Positions 26,100 through 40,037 of a stretch of 64,000 bases of DNA are shown here, piece after piece; positions within the stretch are counted from its first letter, which is position 1; every line of letters begins with the position of its first letter. Under the pieces are notes generated by a model, which saw only the letters and a list, made by a program, of their open reading frames with translations, was not told the origin of the DNA and searched no databases. The DNA comes from Salpingoeca rosetta. Lineage: Eukaryota; Protista; Choanoflagellata. The translations under genes and the position numbers were made by a program. The stretch lies in contig JAWQFM010000019.1 of assembly GCA_033442325.1 (NCBI GenBank), forward strand, positions 1,031,992 through 1,095,991, in the 5' to 3' direction.

Positions 26100-29006
26100 T
26101 TACGCACTGGAATGGTACAGGTGCATGCGATGCGCGGAGGCTCGAGCAAGAAGATGGTCGCGCTGTTGGAGCTGCTGGTCGACACGCTCGTGGACGCAGG
26201 GCCCGATGCATGCCAACACCTGAAGCAGCATGGAGACGCGCTGCTGGAAACAATGGCGCCATTGGTGGCAACGCTGCCTTCGCGCCTGCCAGTCCTGGTG
26301 GTGCTCACCCTACACAAGCAAGGAGTTCTTCACCTGCCGTCCCTCAGCCCCATCCACCGCGTCCGCCTCACAGAAGGCGTGTGCCATGCACTGCCAGAGC
26401 GCACGCGGCAACCCCACGACAGTGGGCCCTACGCAGCAGTCCTCGACCTCATCACCCTGCGTGGAACACAGCTGCCGCTAGAATTGCTGCAGACGCGGCG
26501 ATGTGCTGATGCTCTGCGGTCGCTCCTCCACTCGGCTGACAACGACGTCGCAGAAGTGACGGTGCGCCTCATGCACAACGCGTGCACGTCCGGCCCACAT
26601 GCGCGCGCGGCGTGTGCGTACTTCCAGACAGCACAGCTGCAAGAAGACGTGTGGGCCGTCGCGCGCCGTGCGAGCACAGCAACAGCAACGACAGCAGCCG
26701 CCACCGCAGACACCACCACTTCCAAGGAGGCAGACAGCGCCACCACGTGCGAGGCAAGCAACGCCGCCGCCACACCAAACCTCCTGGGTGCGGCGCTGAC
26801 CTGCGCGCTCGCGCTAACGTACAACTCAAGCCCGGCCCGCTTCCTCGCTGCACTCACAACAGCAACGCAGCTGGCAAACTCACGCATGACGCGCAGAGAC
26901 GATGAAAGCACCGCAGCAGATGCTGCTGGCGCGGTTGGTCGTGGCCATGCATCGGAAGAACTACCACCAAAACGCCCTGCATCGACACGCCGGCACACGC
27001 ACATGAGCGCCACCGCCACCACAACTGCTACTGCAACGGCAAGGACACCATCCACAGCAACGACAGCAACGACAGCAACAGCAGAAGGGTTGTGCACGCA
27101 ACCCGTGCCGTCGAAACACCACAGCAGCGTGGTGGCGGTGGTGGTGGCTGTGTTGCAAGAGGCTGCGCGGTTGCTGGACAACTGCTTTGCATCTGTCAAG
27201 GGCGTGCAGTTTTGGCAGCGGGTTGGCACGTGCATGACACAGCTCCTATCACCTCTTGAACGCAATGGCCATACAATCACTCACACACTCGCACACGCAC
27301 GCGCACACGGAAGCGAGACCAAGCCACCACAACACCTTACAGCAACAGCGACAGCAACAACAGCAACGCCAACAACAGCAACAGAAGCAACAGGAGGAAC
27401 GGCCGTCGTCAGCGCACATGCAACAGTGCACGCAGTGGTGTGCGAGGCGTGCTTGTGCGTGCCCCGCGAAGCCTGGTCAGAGACGATGGCGCGCACTGTG
27501 CTGTCCACGCTTCACCTTCCTGGCGGCAGCGGTGCCTATGCTCGTACAAGCACCGCTCGTGGAAACGCGCCTGCTGTGCTGAGGCCAGTCAACAGTGCTG
27601 CGCAACCCCAGCACCAGCAGCATGAGCAGAGTGTGGACACCGTCATTGCTTCATTGACGCTGGTGTGGCGAGCTTGCACACATCTGTACGATCTGCAGCA
27701 CCACTCGGAGCAGAGCGATACTGCGGGCGTGTCTTCATCAGCACCTTATGCAACAACACGCCCACGCACGGCAACACTCACACTGCCCACACCTGACGCA
27801 ACGCGGCGTGCATTCCAGCGTGCCCTCCTCACAACACTGGACGCTGCCATCCCGACGGTGCTCCAGCACACGCAGTTCTTCGTCTCGACAGAGATGCAGC
27901 ACGCGTTCTTCCAACTTGTCGGTGCCGCGCTCGAGATTGCAGGCAGAGCAGATACCGGCGCAGGCGCTGCTGTTGCTGCAGCGGGGGTGATGGGGCACGG
28001 TCACACTCACCGTCAGCACGTCAATACCACCGGTCGTGGTGGTGGTGGTGGTCTGCAGAGGGAGATGGAGCAAGCGAGGCATGTTGAGCTCGCTCACGCT
28101 TCAAGATACCCCAGCAATCACAAACGTGCCAGCAACAACCACAACAGCGATGGCAGTGATGACAGTCTGCTGGCAACACGACTGGGCATGGGCAGTGCGT
28201 TTGCGACGAAGCTGGTGCGGGCCGGGTTCATCGAGCTGTGCCTGATGACAGCGCGGCTGCTGCCGGACCACAGGCAGCGGAGTGCACCGCAGATTGGTGT
28301 TCTCCTCAACGTTCTGTCGCTCGCCATGGCGCAGGACGACAGCAGCAGTGGCGGCCAACGTAATGGCGATAGTCGCGCTGTTCGTCGTGGTGGTGGCGGC
28401 GGGCGTGGTCCTGACACGGGTGTACATGTGCGTACGATCGCACATGCACTGGACCCGGCATCCATTGCGACCGTGCTGCGACGAGGACTCAGCGCTGTTC
28501 TCACAGACAAGCAGGCCATACCGCGCACCGTGTCGTCCGCCATGGGGACGGTGGGGCAGCGGCATAACGGGCACCGACACCACCACCAGCAGAGCCAGCA
28601 ACAGCACACTGCCTCTGTTGTGTTGCTGCCTGGCCCCACTGGTGTTGCCGTGCTCATGCTGTATCTGCAGCTGCTACTGTCGCCAACACGGATGACCAGC
28701 CCCTTTGCACCGCAGCAGCAACGCGGTAACCGCTCATGTGTGAACGTGCGGATCGGTGGACTGATGATGACGTGCTTGCTTGCCACAACTCCCACCTGCG
28801 TATCACCATCACGTAACACATCGCATCCATCGCTCCACATCCTCCAGAGTACGCTGCCGCACTGGATCAGTTTCTACGCACACACGCGCAGCGCAAGTGG
28901 CCGCTCACGCCGCTGCGTCACATTGCACACATTGTTGCCCGCCTCGCCCTCTACTCTTCCGGTGAGGCAACTGCTATTGTGTGCAGGTGTGTGTGTGTGT
29001 GTGTGC

Positions 29007-29041
<35 letters not shown>

Positions 29042-29458
29042 CGTGCGTGTGTGTGTGTGTGGTTATTTCATTTTCTTGTTCTTTCAATGTGGGGGGAGCC
29101 GCGAGTGAACTGCTTGCACCATGTTTTGTCTGCACCATGTGCTGACACGTGCGCGTGTGTGAATGTATTCTCTCACACACGATTCCGATGCCGCTGAACA
29201 CATCTCAGGCACGCAAGGCCTGGCGCAGACACTCGTGCTGCGAGCTGACGAGCTGCAATCCAGCAGCGACCAGCATCATTGTCGCGGCGGTGGCGGCAGT
29301 GGGGTCAATCGCCAAGATGATGAGATGACCCTGAAGATGGTCCTGTGGGTGCTGTGCCATCCAGACCTCACGGCCATGCAGAAGAAAGAGGCACTCGCCG
29401 CCTTTCAACCCACCATTCACGCCCACCTGTACGTGCCCGCAGACATGAATGTATGTCC

Positions 29459-29513
<55 letters not shown>

Positions 29514-29833
29514 ACATCGTGCACTTCACTCCAATCATCCTTTGCTAACCGCACCGTTTCTCTGCCTGATGTTGGTTCGTTGAACTGCACAGGGATCATC
29601 CCGATGTCAAAGCGCTGGCGACAGCAGCGTGGTTCTCGTCCCTCTTCCTCAGCATCGTGCAGTCTGCGAGGTGCGGGGACGATCACGCACATGAACAAAT
29701 GCATATTCATTCACACATGCACAAAACAAAACAAAACAAAACACAACACAACACAACAAACACGCGCATGCAAGCACTTGCAAGCACATGTACAACACAC
29801 ACACCTACTCACTCACACACACTCACTCACTCG

Positions 29834-29876
<43 letters not shown>

Positions 29877-32800
29877 GCGCGCGCGTACCTGCAAACACAT
29901 GGGCGTGAAGGGTGGATCTGGTTGAGCTTGTGTTGTTGATTTGCGGCCAACACAAGTCGGTGATGGAACTTCCAGCAAATCCGGCGCACATCTTCGACGC
30001 ACTCCACGTATGCAATGCACCGACAGGCGGCGGGGTGTGTGCAGCGACACGTGCTTGAGCGTATGTGTGCGTTAGTCATGGGAGGGGTTTGCGATGGCAT
30101 GCGACCACCACATGCACGCATTAACGCGCCTTCTATGACGCGGCCATACAGGCGCGTGCGAACCAGTCGCCCGTGGACAGGGGAGCAAAGGAGACAGCAA
30201 TGGTCCTGTACACGTGTCAGCGAGCACTCACCGATGCCCTCAACCAATTAGGTGAGTGCTTTTATGGTTATGCGTGTGCATTGTGTATGTACGCTGCTAG
30301 TGTATATTGGGCGTGTGCATTATTCGCTTGAATTGGATGTCGCTGCTCCTGTCACCCGTGTGAACGCTGTCCTCGCGCAGTTCTCACATCAATCAATACT
30401 CTGCTCACATGCACCCATTTCATGCGTCGTTGCAGGTGACAGGGATGCCGTGCTGGCTTGTCACCCGCTCCTCGTTCGCATCCTCTCAACGTGAGTCTCT
30501 TGTCTGTCTGTCTGTCTGTCTGTCTGTGTGTCTGTCTGTGTGTGTGTGTGTGTGTGTCTGTCTGTGTGTGTGTGTGTGTGTCTGTCTGTCTGTGTGTCTG
30601 TGTGTGTGTCTGTCTGTCTGTGTGTGTGTGTGTCTGTCTGTCTGTCTGTCTGTCTGACCGTCTGTACTGCCATTGTATGACTAATACCGCGCACGCTGGA
30701 AGCACCCACGCAAACAAACACATTTGTGCACAGACTCGCGTTCATACATGTCACTCACTTAATTTACTGCTGCTCACCACATGCGCGTGCGTGCGTGTGT
30801 TGCGCAACAGGAGCGACGCTGGTGCGACAAATCAGGACGCGCTATCATCATACTGCCTCGTGGTACAGGTGAGCCCCGCGCACAAGCATATCCACTCATA
30901 CACATACAAAATGTCACTGTGGTCACAGCTGGTGTTACCTCAAGTGCATGGTGTTTTTCAAGACACCACAATGTCTTTGTCCTTTCCTGAACCAGCGTCT
31001 GCTTTTGCTCCCCCCCCCCCCGGCTTGACTTATCCAATGCAACAAATTACACGCGACAGCGCTGGGCATGTCTTGCTGCGTACCTGGACCGAGAGCAAGC
31101 ACGCCACAGGCTCCCTCCCATCATCGCAGGTGTGTAACCGTGCGTGTGTAAATGTGTGTGCGTATGTGTAAATATGTTGTGTGTGTGTGTGTGTGTGTGG
31201 GTGTATGTTTGTGTGTGTGTGTGTGGTATTATCGTTGCATCAATCCATCAACAGTGATTGTACTGCACCCTGACGTGACATGCGACCTTTATTCCAAACC
31301 ATGCTGCGGATTGCGTGAGATTGCGTAGTTCCGTGCGTTTGTCGCTGTACATCGGCATCGTGTCATATCCGCCTATGCCCTGCGTGCATGTGTCTCGCTT
31401 ACCACCACCGGGTATCCCCCGCTCGTTCCCACAGATGTTGCCGATCGCATGTGGGCCATTCGTCGCATTGCCCCGACGCCAGCAGCAGACGCAGCCATCG
31501 CTGCACTCGTTGCACTCGACTCCATCCAACACACGCGCGCGCTCGCAACGCTCGAGGTGCACACTTGTTTGGGCATGAGGGGGTGGCGGTGGATTAGACA
31601 GCGCGAGTGATGGCGATGTTCTGCACACACACACACACGTGTGTTCATATGGGCACAAGCACACATACACACACACGCGCGCGCGTGTGTACATATGGGC
31701 ACAAGCACACATACACATGTGTACACATGCAAGCATGCCCATGCACGCACATACAATCAGACTTTCTCATACTCAACCATTTTCGCTCCCTGAATCAACC
31801 ATTCGCAGCGACTGTTGTGCGAGGAAGAAGAGCTTTGGACACTGCAGACAACGGAGGTGTGCTGTCCCCGTGATGCGCCGCGCTGCTTGCAATTGTGCGC
31901 CATTGTGTGTCATTGTGTGTTGGACGGTGTTTGCCTGTGAAAAGGACAATGGTGATTGCTAGCCACGCATGACCGCGCAAACGAACGCACACGCACCCAT
32001 GCACGTACACGCGCATCTTCTGCCAGGCGCTGGCGCTGCAGAACTTGCTTTTGCAACAGTACCACTTCAGACAGCAGCAACAGCAGTGTTCAGATGGAGA
32101 GAGCGACAACTCGGCGGATCGGCAGGTGTGCGCCTCCACAGCACATGCGACGCCAGGAAGTGATGCCAGGATGCGTCAGCGCCTGCCAGCGCTCGCCATG
32201 CGCACACTCAACCGCCTCGCAGGTCGGCCTTGCATACGCTCGTGTGTATTTGTGTGTGAGTGTGCGTGTGTGTGCTTGTGTGTGTGTGTGTGTGTATTTG
32301 TGTGTGCGTGTGAGAGAGAGAGAGAGAGTGTGTGTGTGTGTGTGCTTGTGAGAGTGGTTAAGTGGGTGAGTGGGTAAGTGAGTGAGTGGAAAAGTGAGTA
32401 AGTGAGGAGAGGGTGGGTGGATGGGTGAGTAGCATGTGCATGTGCGTCAATAACGTGTGCATGCGTACCGTACCTACCAGCCTATCAGTCCATTTGTCTG
32501 TTTATTTGCCCCTTGCTTGTGTGCTTCACGATTCACTGCGTATATCCACGGCGTTGGTCTCCCTCTCCATCATATTCATCTTGCTGCTTCTTGCGTGTTT
32601 GTGTATTTCAGGCATGACTGCGTCTCCGGTGGATGTGGGCGCGACCATTGCGGTGACGAGTGCGTGCGTGTCCTCCTCATCGCAACACATCTTCTCCAAC
32701 TCGCCCTGGATCGACACCATCCTCGCCGACATGGCAGAGGCGTCAACGCCAAAGCTCACCTGGTGCGCGTCGTGCCGTGCGTCTGGTGTGTGGCGTCAAT

Positions 32801-33866
32801 GATGGCTGATCTTGATCACTGCCCTCCCAATACATCCCACATACAGCCACACGCGCGCGCACAAACATGCACGCACACACACATGCACACACTTGCCCGC
32901 ATGTTGGCACTTGCACTCACGTCACCGCACCTGCATGTGCGTCCTGCCTCTGTGCATGCAGCTTGCTCGTCCTTGCGCAGCAGCTGCTTGACCAGCGCCC
33001 AAGTGTTGTCGCTCCGTACCTGTTACAGGTGAGTCATTGCCATCTCCCCTGCAACACCTCTCAGGTGTCGTGCGCGACTGCAACACTGGCTCTTGTGTGT
33101 GTGTGTGTGTGTGGGTGGGTGTGTGTGTGTGTCTGTCTGTCTGTCTGTCTGTGCGTGTCTGTCTGTCTGTCTGTCCGTCTGTGTGTCTGTCTGTGTGTGT
33201 ATGGCTTGTTTTACTTCATGTGCTGTTTCTGTCTTGTCTCATGTGTAGGCTGCGAGTGCTTGTTCTTCGGTGCTGGAAATGGTGGACGCGCACCAGCCTG
33301 TCCGCACCATCCTCGCCCCCATCCTGGTCCGTAGCGGCTGCAATACGCCTCCGTGAGACTGCACTTGGACGTGTATGCGATGCGCTGTGTGGGCGGCTGC
33401 TGCTGTTTGATTATGTCTCCTTGTACTCACCCACGGTGTGTGTGCACGTACGCCTCCACCCCCCCCCCTAATGTATATGCGCGCGTGTGTTTCTGCGTGT
33501 AGGATGATGTGATATCGCGTGTGCGGAATGGTGGGTGTGGCGGTTTGGAGCGCTGGGACTGGCCCATCAAGTACGAGCTTCCACAGGGCACCGAACAAAG
33601 CACAGCCCTTGACCCACGGCGCCCACACAAGTGAGTTGTCGCACGCGGTATTAGGGTGCGTGCAATGAGTGACTGTTAAGGGAGGGATGTACATCTTGTC
33701 GTGGCTCCGTGTGAGAGTGTCAGAGTGGGTGTGGAGGCCCGTTGCGTTGCCTGTGTGTGCGCACATGTACATTTTCTCACGTGCATGGCTTGTCTTTTTC
33801 AGGCTGCCGAATGCCAACATCCTTCCGCTGGCGGCCATTCTGCCTTGCACCCTTACTGCTGTGTGA
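25187..33866 (+). CDS. MEI1: Large ARM-like helical protein, probable MEI1/PRD1 (meiotic double-strand-break formation factor) homolog; multi-exon with a ~2.8 kb exon at ~26122-28962
   Basis: N-terminus EEHRWHTNQVVVGDLCLPCVASCI, then AMRGGSSKKMVALLELLVDTLVDAG…KQHGDALLE and FATKLVRAGFIELCL. These resemble, from memory, the vertebrate MEI1 segments HYRH…LCLAC, SMRGS…LVDA…EHGNLME and FALKLASASFIRLTL, in the same order. Coding-like exons with GT-AG ends continue to about 33866; the 3' exon structure is uncertain. Confidence 0.6.
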
Positions 33867-34487
33867 GTGGAGTGAAATGAATGGGGAATGGGTGTGTTGG
33901 ACATGCTGTCGGTGGAGTAGTTGTGAGGTCGTGTGATTGTGTCGAATCAATACAAGGTGTGCTATGAAACAGTGGTTTGGTATTGAAGGATGAGGGCTGT
34001 GAAGGGTGTGTGTGTGTGTACAACACAACAGCAACAGCAACGAAAAAGCAACAGGAAGGATTCCAACATAACGGTTGAACATGAGAGGGGGGGGGTAGGG
34101 ATGAAACTGGATAAACGATCGATGGAAGGAACTGACATAACACACGAATGACAAACAAACAAGCAAAGAGTACGGCGTGGTGATTTAGAAGGTTTATCAC
34201 TGTGCTGTTCTCTCTGCATCTTACTTACCCAAGGACCAAGAGGGCGTGCATGCACGCATACACACATACATACGTACACACACGCAAAGCACACAGACAC
34301 AGACACACACACACACACACACAAGCGCGCACTTGCACATCGATGTACCATGCAAAGCAAAAGAAACCTGTTCTCTTGCACACAAAGCCGTAAACACGTG
34401 GTTCCTTGAAAGTCCTCTCTCACTCCTACAAAACTGCTTCCATTTCTGCCTTCTTGCACAATACAGCACAACAGCACCTCGCTCAGC

Positions 34488-35167
34488 ATGACGACCATGG
34501 CAAGGAGGGTTGTTGCATGGTGAGTTGTGAGTTGTGAGTGCTTCTGTTCTTCCGTGCCCAGGATTTGTGTGGCGCTGGCGGTAATGTGCCGTGCCCTCTT
34601 TTGTTTGATTTGCCGTGCCACTTCTTCACAATGTTTGTTCGTCATAGGCTCATCATCATCCTATTATGCACCACAAACCAACCTGCACCACGACGCCAAG
34701 GTACATGCACAACTTGCGAACCAGGCCAATTCGAACCAACATGGGCACCAGCGCCGTCCTTATGGCCATTGGAGACACCATCGCCCAGCAACGCCTGGAA
34801 GACGTGCGTATTTGTGTGCGTGTGTGTGTATGTGTGTGTGTGTGCATGCGTGTGTGTGTGTGTGCTGTGTTGGTTCCACAACATGGTGTCAGAATCGAAC
34901 CCTGCACTGCCACGCACTCACCTCTATGCACATGATTGCCTTGCCCCCCCACAGAGCTTGCCGAAAGGTCACGTGCGCCACACCATCATCCCTAAGAACC
35001 CGCTGTTTCCACAGGGCCTGCATCTTGACCTCGCGCGCACGTGAGACACACAATCACAACGGCGTTTGTTTCGCATGTCCACGCACGTGCTTACAGTTAT
35101 TCACACACACACACACACACTCACACACACACACACACACACACTCACACACACACACACACACACA

Positions 35168-35200
<33 letters not shown>

Positions 35201-36181
35201 GGCACTCTCTCATGCACACACAAAATCCACTGCCCTGTTGCCCTTTCCTCACCACCCCACCTCACGCCATGCAGGAGTGTGATGACAACCTGGTCTGCGT
35301 TGATGGGGATTTTCTGGACCATCTGGTTCCGGCGCATGGATCTGCTGTTCGCTGCTGCGCCCCACCGCCTCCTCGGTGTGGCTGGCAAGGTCTGTTCGCA
35401 AGTGCACTGTGGGCGCTTGTTCGCTTGCTTCACAACAACGCCACGGTCGCATGGAAGTTGGTTGCGTACAAAGACACTGGGCGCTGCCTGCAACGTTTAC
35501 GACGGTGTATCGACCTCTCACGTGCTCAGCACATGCGCATGCTGTCACCCGCATGCAGGTGGCCACAACGGCGGTGTTTGCACAGCCCTTAACCAACACG
35601 ACGTTTTTGTCTGGCGTTACGGCCATCGAGGAGGTCCTCATCTTGGGAACGACAGACTTGGGCAAAGGTGCGGCGTCAGAGGTTGCGTGCGCGAAGACGT
35701 GTGCCTGTGTGCGTATGTGTGTGTGTGTGTGTGCACGCGTGTGCGCGTGCCTGTATGTATGTGTGTGCCTGTATGTACGTGTGTGTGTGTGTGTGTGCGG
35801 ATGCCGGGACAATGCGTTCCCTCCCCCCACACAGACACACAGACACACAGACACACGCACTTGGCTGTCTGTCGCTTTTGGCTCACGCACGTGCCTTATG
35901 GTGCCTGCTGCAGTTGCCGAGGCGGCAAAGGAAAAGCTGCGAGCAGAGCTGTGGAACACGCTGCGCTCCAGTTGGATGTTCTGGTCACCATGCAATGTTA
36001 TGACATGGTGAGTTGTCGTGCAACCTATCTCCCTTGCGGCATCATGTGTGAGGGGACACGAGAGAGCACGGACGGGGAGAGGAGGCGATTGCCAAACTCT
36101 GGGCTGTTGTCTGTCGTGATTAACCCGCATCCACCTGCCATGATACTCTCTCACTCACCCACACCCACACCCACACCCACA

Positions 36182-36257
<76 letters not shown>

Positions 36258-36282
36258 ACACCCACACACACACCCACACACC

Positions 36283-36380
<98 letters not shown>

Positions 36381-36656
36381 CACACACACACTTACTTCCG
36401 GTCATCCACGATGCCTGTCCTCACCGCCTTCATCTTTAGGACCTTTTTTCCTGCGCACACGCGTGTTGCGTTTGGCGGCGTTGTGTCGATGGTGTGGAAC
36501 GTGTACTTGAGCTTCGTTGAACACCGGGCGCAGGGCGAGACGTTGCTCAGTGCCCTTGAAATTGGCGACGAGCATGTGGACAACAGTAACAGTGGCACAG
36601 ACACTGGCGCCAGTGGTGGTGGTGGTGGTGGTGGTGGTGGTGGTCGTGTTGCTTAG
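34488..36656 (+). CDS. Mpv17/PMP22-family membrane protein; about 7 exons
   Basis: MTTMARRVVAW/YMHNLRTRPIRTNMGTSAVLMAIGDTIAQQ (GD..AQ motif), DLART, WTIWFRRMD, AQPLTNTTF, KEKLRAELWNTLRSSWMFWSPCNVMTW, FFPAHTRVAFGGVVSMVWNVYLSF (W..YLS motif). TAG at 36654-36656. Confidence 0.88.
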
Positions 36657-36975
36657 TTTTGTTATCAGCCCCTCTCTGCTTTCCCGCTTGGCTTGTCGTC
36701 GTGTCTGCGTCGCTCCTGCATCGTAGGCCGTCTGTTATTACCTGTGTCTGCCCGTGTCTTTCTTTGCACCCGTGCTTGCTTGCTTTGGCTTTCTCACTCG
36801 TGACTATCGTAGGCTCTTTTCATTCAGAATCACATGTAAACGCAATCAACAAGCGACTGCTTATGTTGCTACTTGCCAACACACACGCACTCAGACGCAC
36901 ACACATAGACAGACAGACACGCACACATAGACAGACAGACAGACACATAGACAGACACACACACACGCCAATTTG

Positions 36976-38215
36976 TCATCGTTTTGAGCGCGTGGCTGTG
37001 CTCGCTGCCTTCCGCTTGGCATTTGCGCGCTGGTGTCTCTTCTGTGTCGCGTTGTCCGTCTTCTTGTCCTTCTTCCTGTCCGTTTTTTCCTTCTCGCTGC
37101 CAGCACTACCAGGTCCAATATGCTTGAGGGCTTCGCGCCTGGAGAGCGCGGAGATGCGCTCGTCGTGCTGCGCCACAAACGCCTGAACGGCCTCGGCGTT
37201 CACGCGCGCGTAATTCCGAAGCGCCCACCCAATTGCCTGAGAAGGTGGTATTGGCAACACGCAAGTGAACGAGTGCATGAGTGAATGAACGACTGTATAC
37301 TCGCATGCCCCTGTCCGTCGTTCAACGTTGCATGGCATTTGCTGCAACCAGAAACCACACGAAACCACAAAGTCACACTCACTCAAGCACTCAAACCGCA
37401 CACACACCCACACCCACAGTCACAAACACCCCCACAAACAAACACAAGCACACACGCACACCCACGCACACACGCACACAAACACACACACACACCACAT
37501 GGTATGCACCTGCACACCATGTGCATGCGTCTGCTGTGGCCACCTTGTTGATGAAGAACTCAGTGCCACCCATGAGGGAGCTGCAGGCTTCGAAGAGGAA
37601 TGCCTTGTCTGTGCTGTGTCTCTGCTTGAGCTGGCACAAGATGGCAGTGCGTTGCTGCCACAGGCTGTCTGATTTCAGCCACAAGCGCATGTGTTCCCGC
37701 ATCTGTGGCGTGTGGTGCTGCCAGAACGCGCCACCGACGTGGGACGCCAGCAAGTCCACGGTATCCCACCACGGTTTCGTGGTCACCCAGCGCCTGAGCG
37801 CGCCGTCAATCTGGGCTGAGGCAGCTTCAGCATCCAGCTGTACCAGGCATTTCTTTGCTTGCGCGGAGCTGAGTAGGTCCACGGCGCAGTAGTGGAGTTC
37901 GCGCTCCTCCTCGTCTAGTGCGGTGTCCATCACGGCCACGTAAAAGCCCCAGTCCCGTGTGAGGTCAGGCGACAGCGCCGCCTGCGACTTTGCTGCGTTC
38001 GCTACGCTCCGTCGCGCCACAGATTTTACTCCGAAGAAAGGCGCCACTCCCTTCATGTACTGCTTCATGGCCTCTGCATCAGCGGGGTCGCCAAGCTCCT
38101 CCAACGCCATGCGCCAAGCACGCACCAGCCTCCTCGCAGCCGTCCCTGCTGCTGATGCAGCACCAACGCGATGAGTGGCCTGAGTGGCGGTGGTGCTCGC
38201 CACCCTGCTCACCAT
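36976..38215 (-). CDS. alkD: AlkD-like DNA alkylation-repair glycosylase (HEAT-like repeat); 2 exons, intron 37237-37543
   Basis: AEAMKQYMKGVAPFFGVKS, EERELHYCAVDLL, TKPWWDTVDLLA, WLKSDSLWQQRTAILCQL, TEFFINK/AIGWALRNYAR, SALSRREALKHI match the bacterial AlkD signature pattern. Confidence 0.92.
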
Positions 38216-38324
38216 CCTCACACTCCAAACACACACGTTCAGTCCTTCTTCGGCATTCAAATTCTGAAATTTGATTCCATGCAAGATTAACCCCTTGTTT
38301 GTGAATCGAGCAGCAGCAACGAAG
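38216..38324. promoter_or_regulatory. Candidate bidirectional promoter (109 bp between the alkD and COMMD8 start codons)
   Basis: Head-to-head ATGs at 38215 (-) and 38325 (+), with an AT-rich core TTCAAATTCTGAAATTTGATT. Confidence 0.6.
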
Positions 38325-38738
38325 ATGATGGAGGCGTTTGCGAGCGTGGAGGATGCAGCAGCACAGCAGGTTGGTTGGCGGTGGCGTGCACTGTGGCCTG
38401 TGGTGTGCACTATCGTTTCTGCCTTGGTTCATGTTGTGCTCAACACTTTCACACACACACACACACTCTCTCTCTAACACACATACACATGCACATACAC
38501 ACAAACACACCTTTTGCAACGTGACAGCTTGTGCACGGCGTGATTGATGGCGTTTGCGGCCAAGACCCTCCCTCATTCTCCGGCATCGCCACTGTCAGTG
38601 TGTTTGTGCGTGCGTGTGTGTGTGTATGCGTGTGCGTGTGCGTGTGCGTGTGTGTGTGTGCGTATGCGTATGCGTGTGTGTGTGTGCGTGAAAGTGCATG
38701 CGTGTGCGTGAAAGTGCATGCGTGTGCGTGAAAGTGCA

Positions 38739-38824
<86 letters not shown>

Positions 38825-39984
38825 CGAGGTTTAGCGGTGTTTGGGCCTGTTGAGCTGATTGCACTGCGTGACTGACGCATGCGTGTGCCAACCAACACCC
38901 AATTACCAACCAACCTGGACAGGGGCTCTCCCTGCAACAGTGGACCTCGACCGTGAACACACTGACGCAGGCCATCGAGAAGCAATTTGGACGAGAGAAT
39001 GGCACAGAAGAGGTGGAAAGTACATGCTGAATGCAGCGTGTCGTCATGCATGTCCCGTCTCTTGTGTATGTGTGTGTGTATGTGTGTGTATGTGTGCGTA
39101 TGTGCATGCGTGTGCGTGTGCGTGTGCGTGTGCGTGTGTGCGTGCGTGTGCGCGTGCGTGCAAGTTACTTCGCCTCGTGTACTCAATGTGTGTGTGTGTG
39201 CATGGTTGCAGGTTGTGAAAGCATTGGAGCAGTCTGGTCTGCCGAGCGCCAAGGGCGCCGTTGTTCGCGCGTGCTTGGATGCGCGCTCGAACGATCTGCA
39301 CAAGGGTACTCACCGTGCGATTGCCGTTTCACGCATGTGCACGCTCGCACCTGTTGTGGACTGTGAACGCCCTCGTATCTTCCTCGTGTGTGTCCGGTTC
39401 ACCGTTGCCTCACGTGCCGCTCGTCCCTCTCTCCAAATCATTACTGCTGCAGCCTTGATTCGCAAAGCCTGCGCCGTGGGAGAGGCCTGCGTTGTTGACT
39501 TTGACTGGGATGTTCGGGTACGGCTTCATCACTCTCCTGCACATGCATGCATTTTGCTACGTGTGTGCATGTGTGTACATGTGTGTATGTGTGTATGTGT
39601 GTATGTGTGTATGTGTGTATGTGTGTATGTGTGTGTGTGGGGGGGGGGGGCGTGAAGTACAGCGCACATTGTCCTGCACGCAGAACATACATGCACCCAT
39701 GTTGAGGTTTCCACCTTCGACTCACACCCCCGTTGCTCCGTCCCCCGTTCATCTGTGCATTCGTGCGCTCGCGTTTCCCTGCCCCCTTCAGCTGGCTGTG
39801 TCGAGTTCCAGTATGCACACACTCAAGATCCCGCTTGTACACCTCACGCTCACGGTCAGCGGCTAGGGAGGAAGTGGGGGGGGGGGGGAGGGAGTTGCAT
39901 GTTGTTATCTGTAAACGAGAGAGTGTGTAAACTGAGGTGTGTTTCCGCGTTAGTGTACTTGCTGGAGAGAGAGAGAGAGTGAGT

Positions 39985-40037
<53 letters not shown>

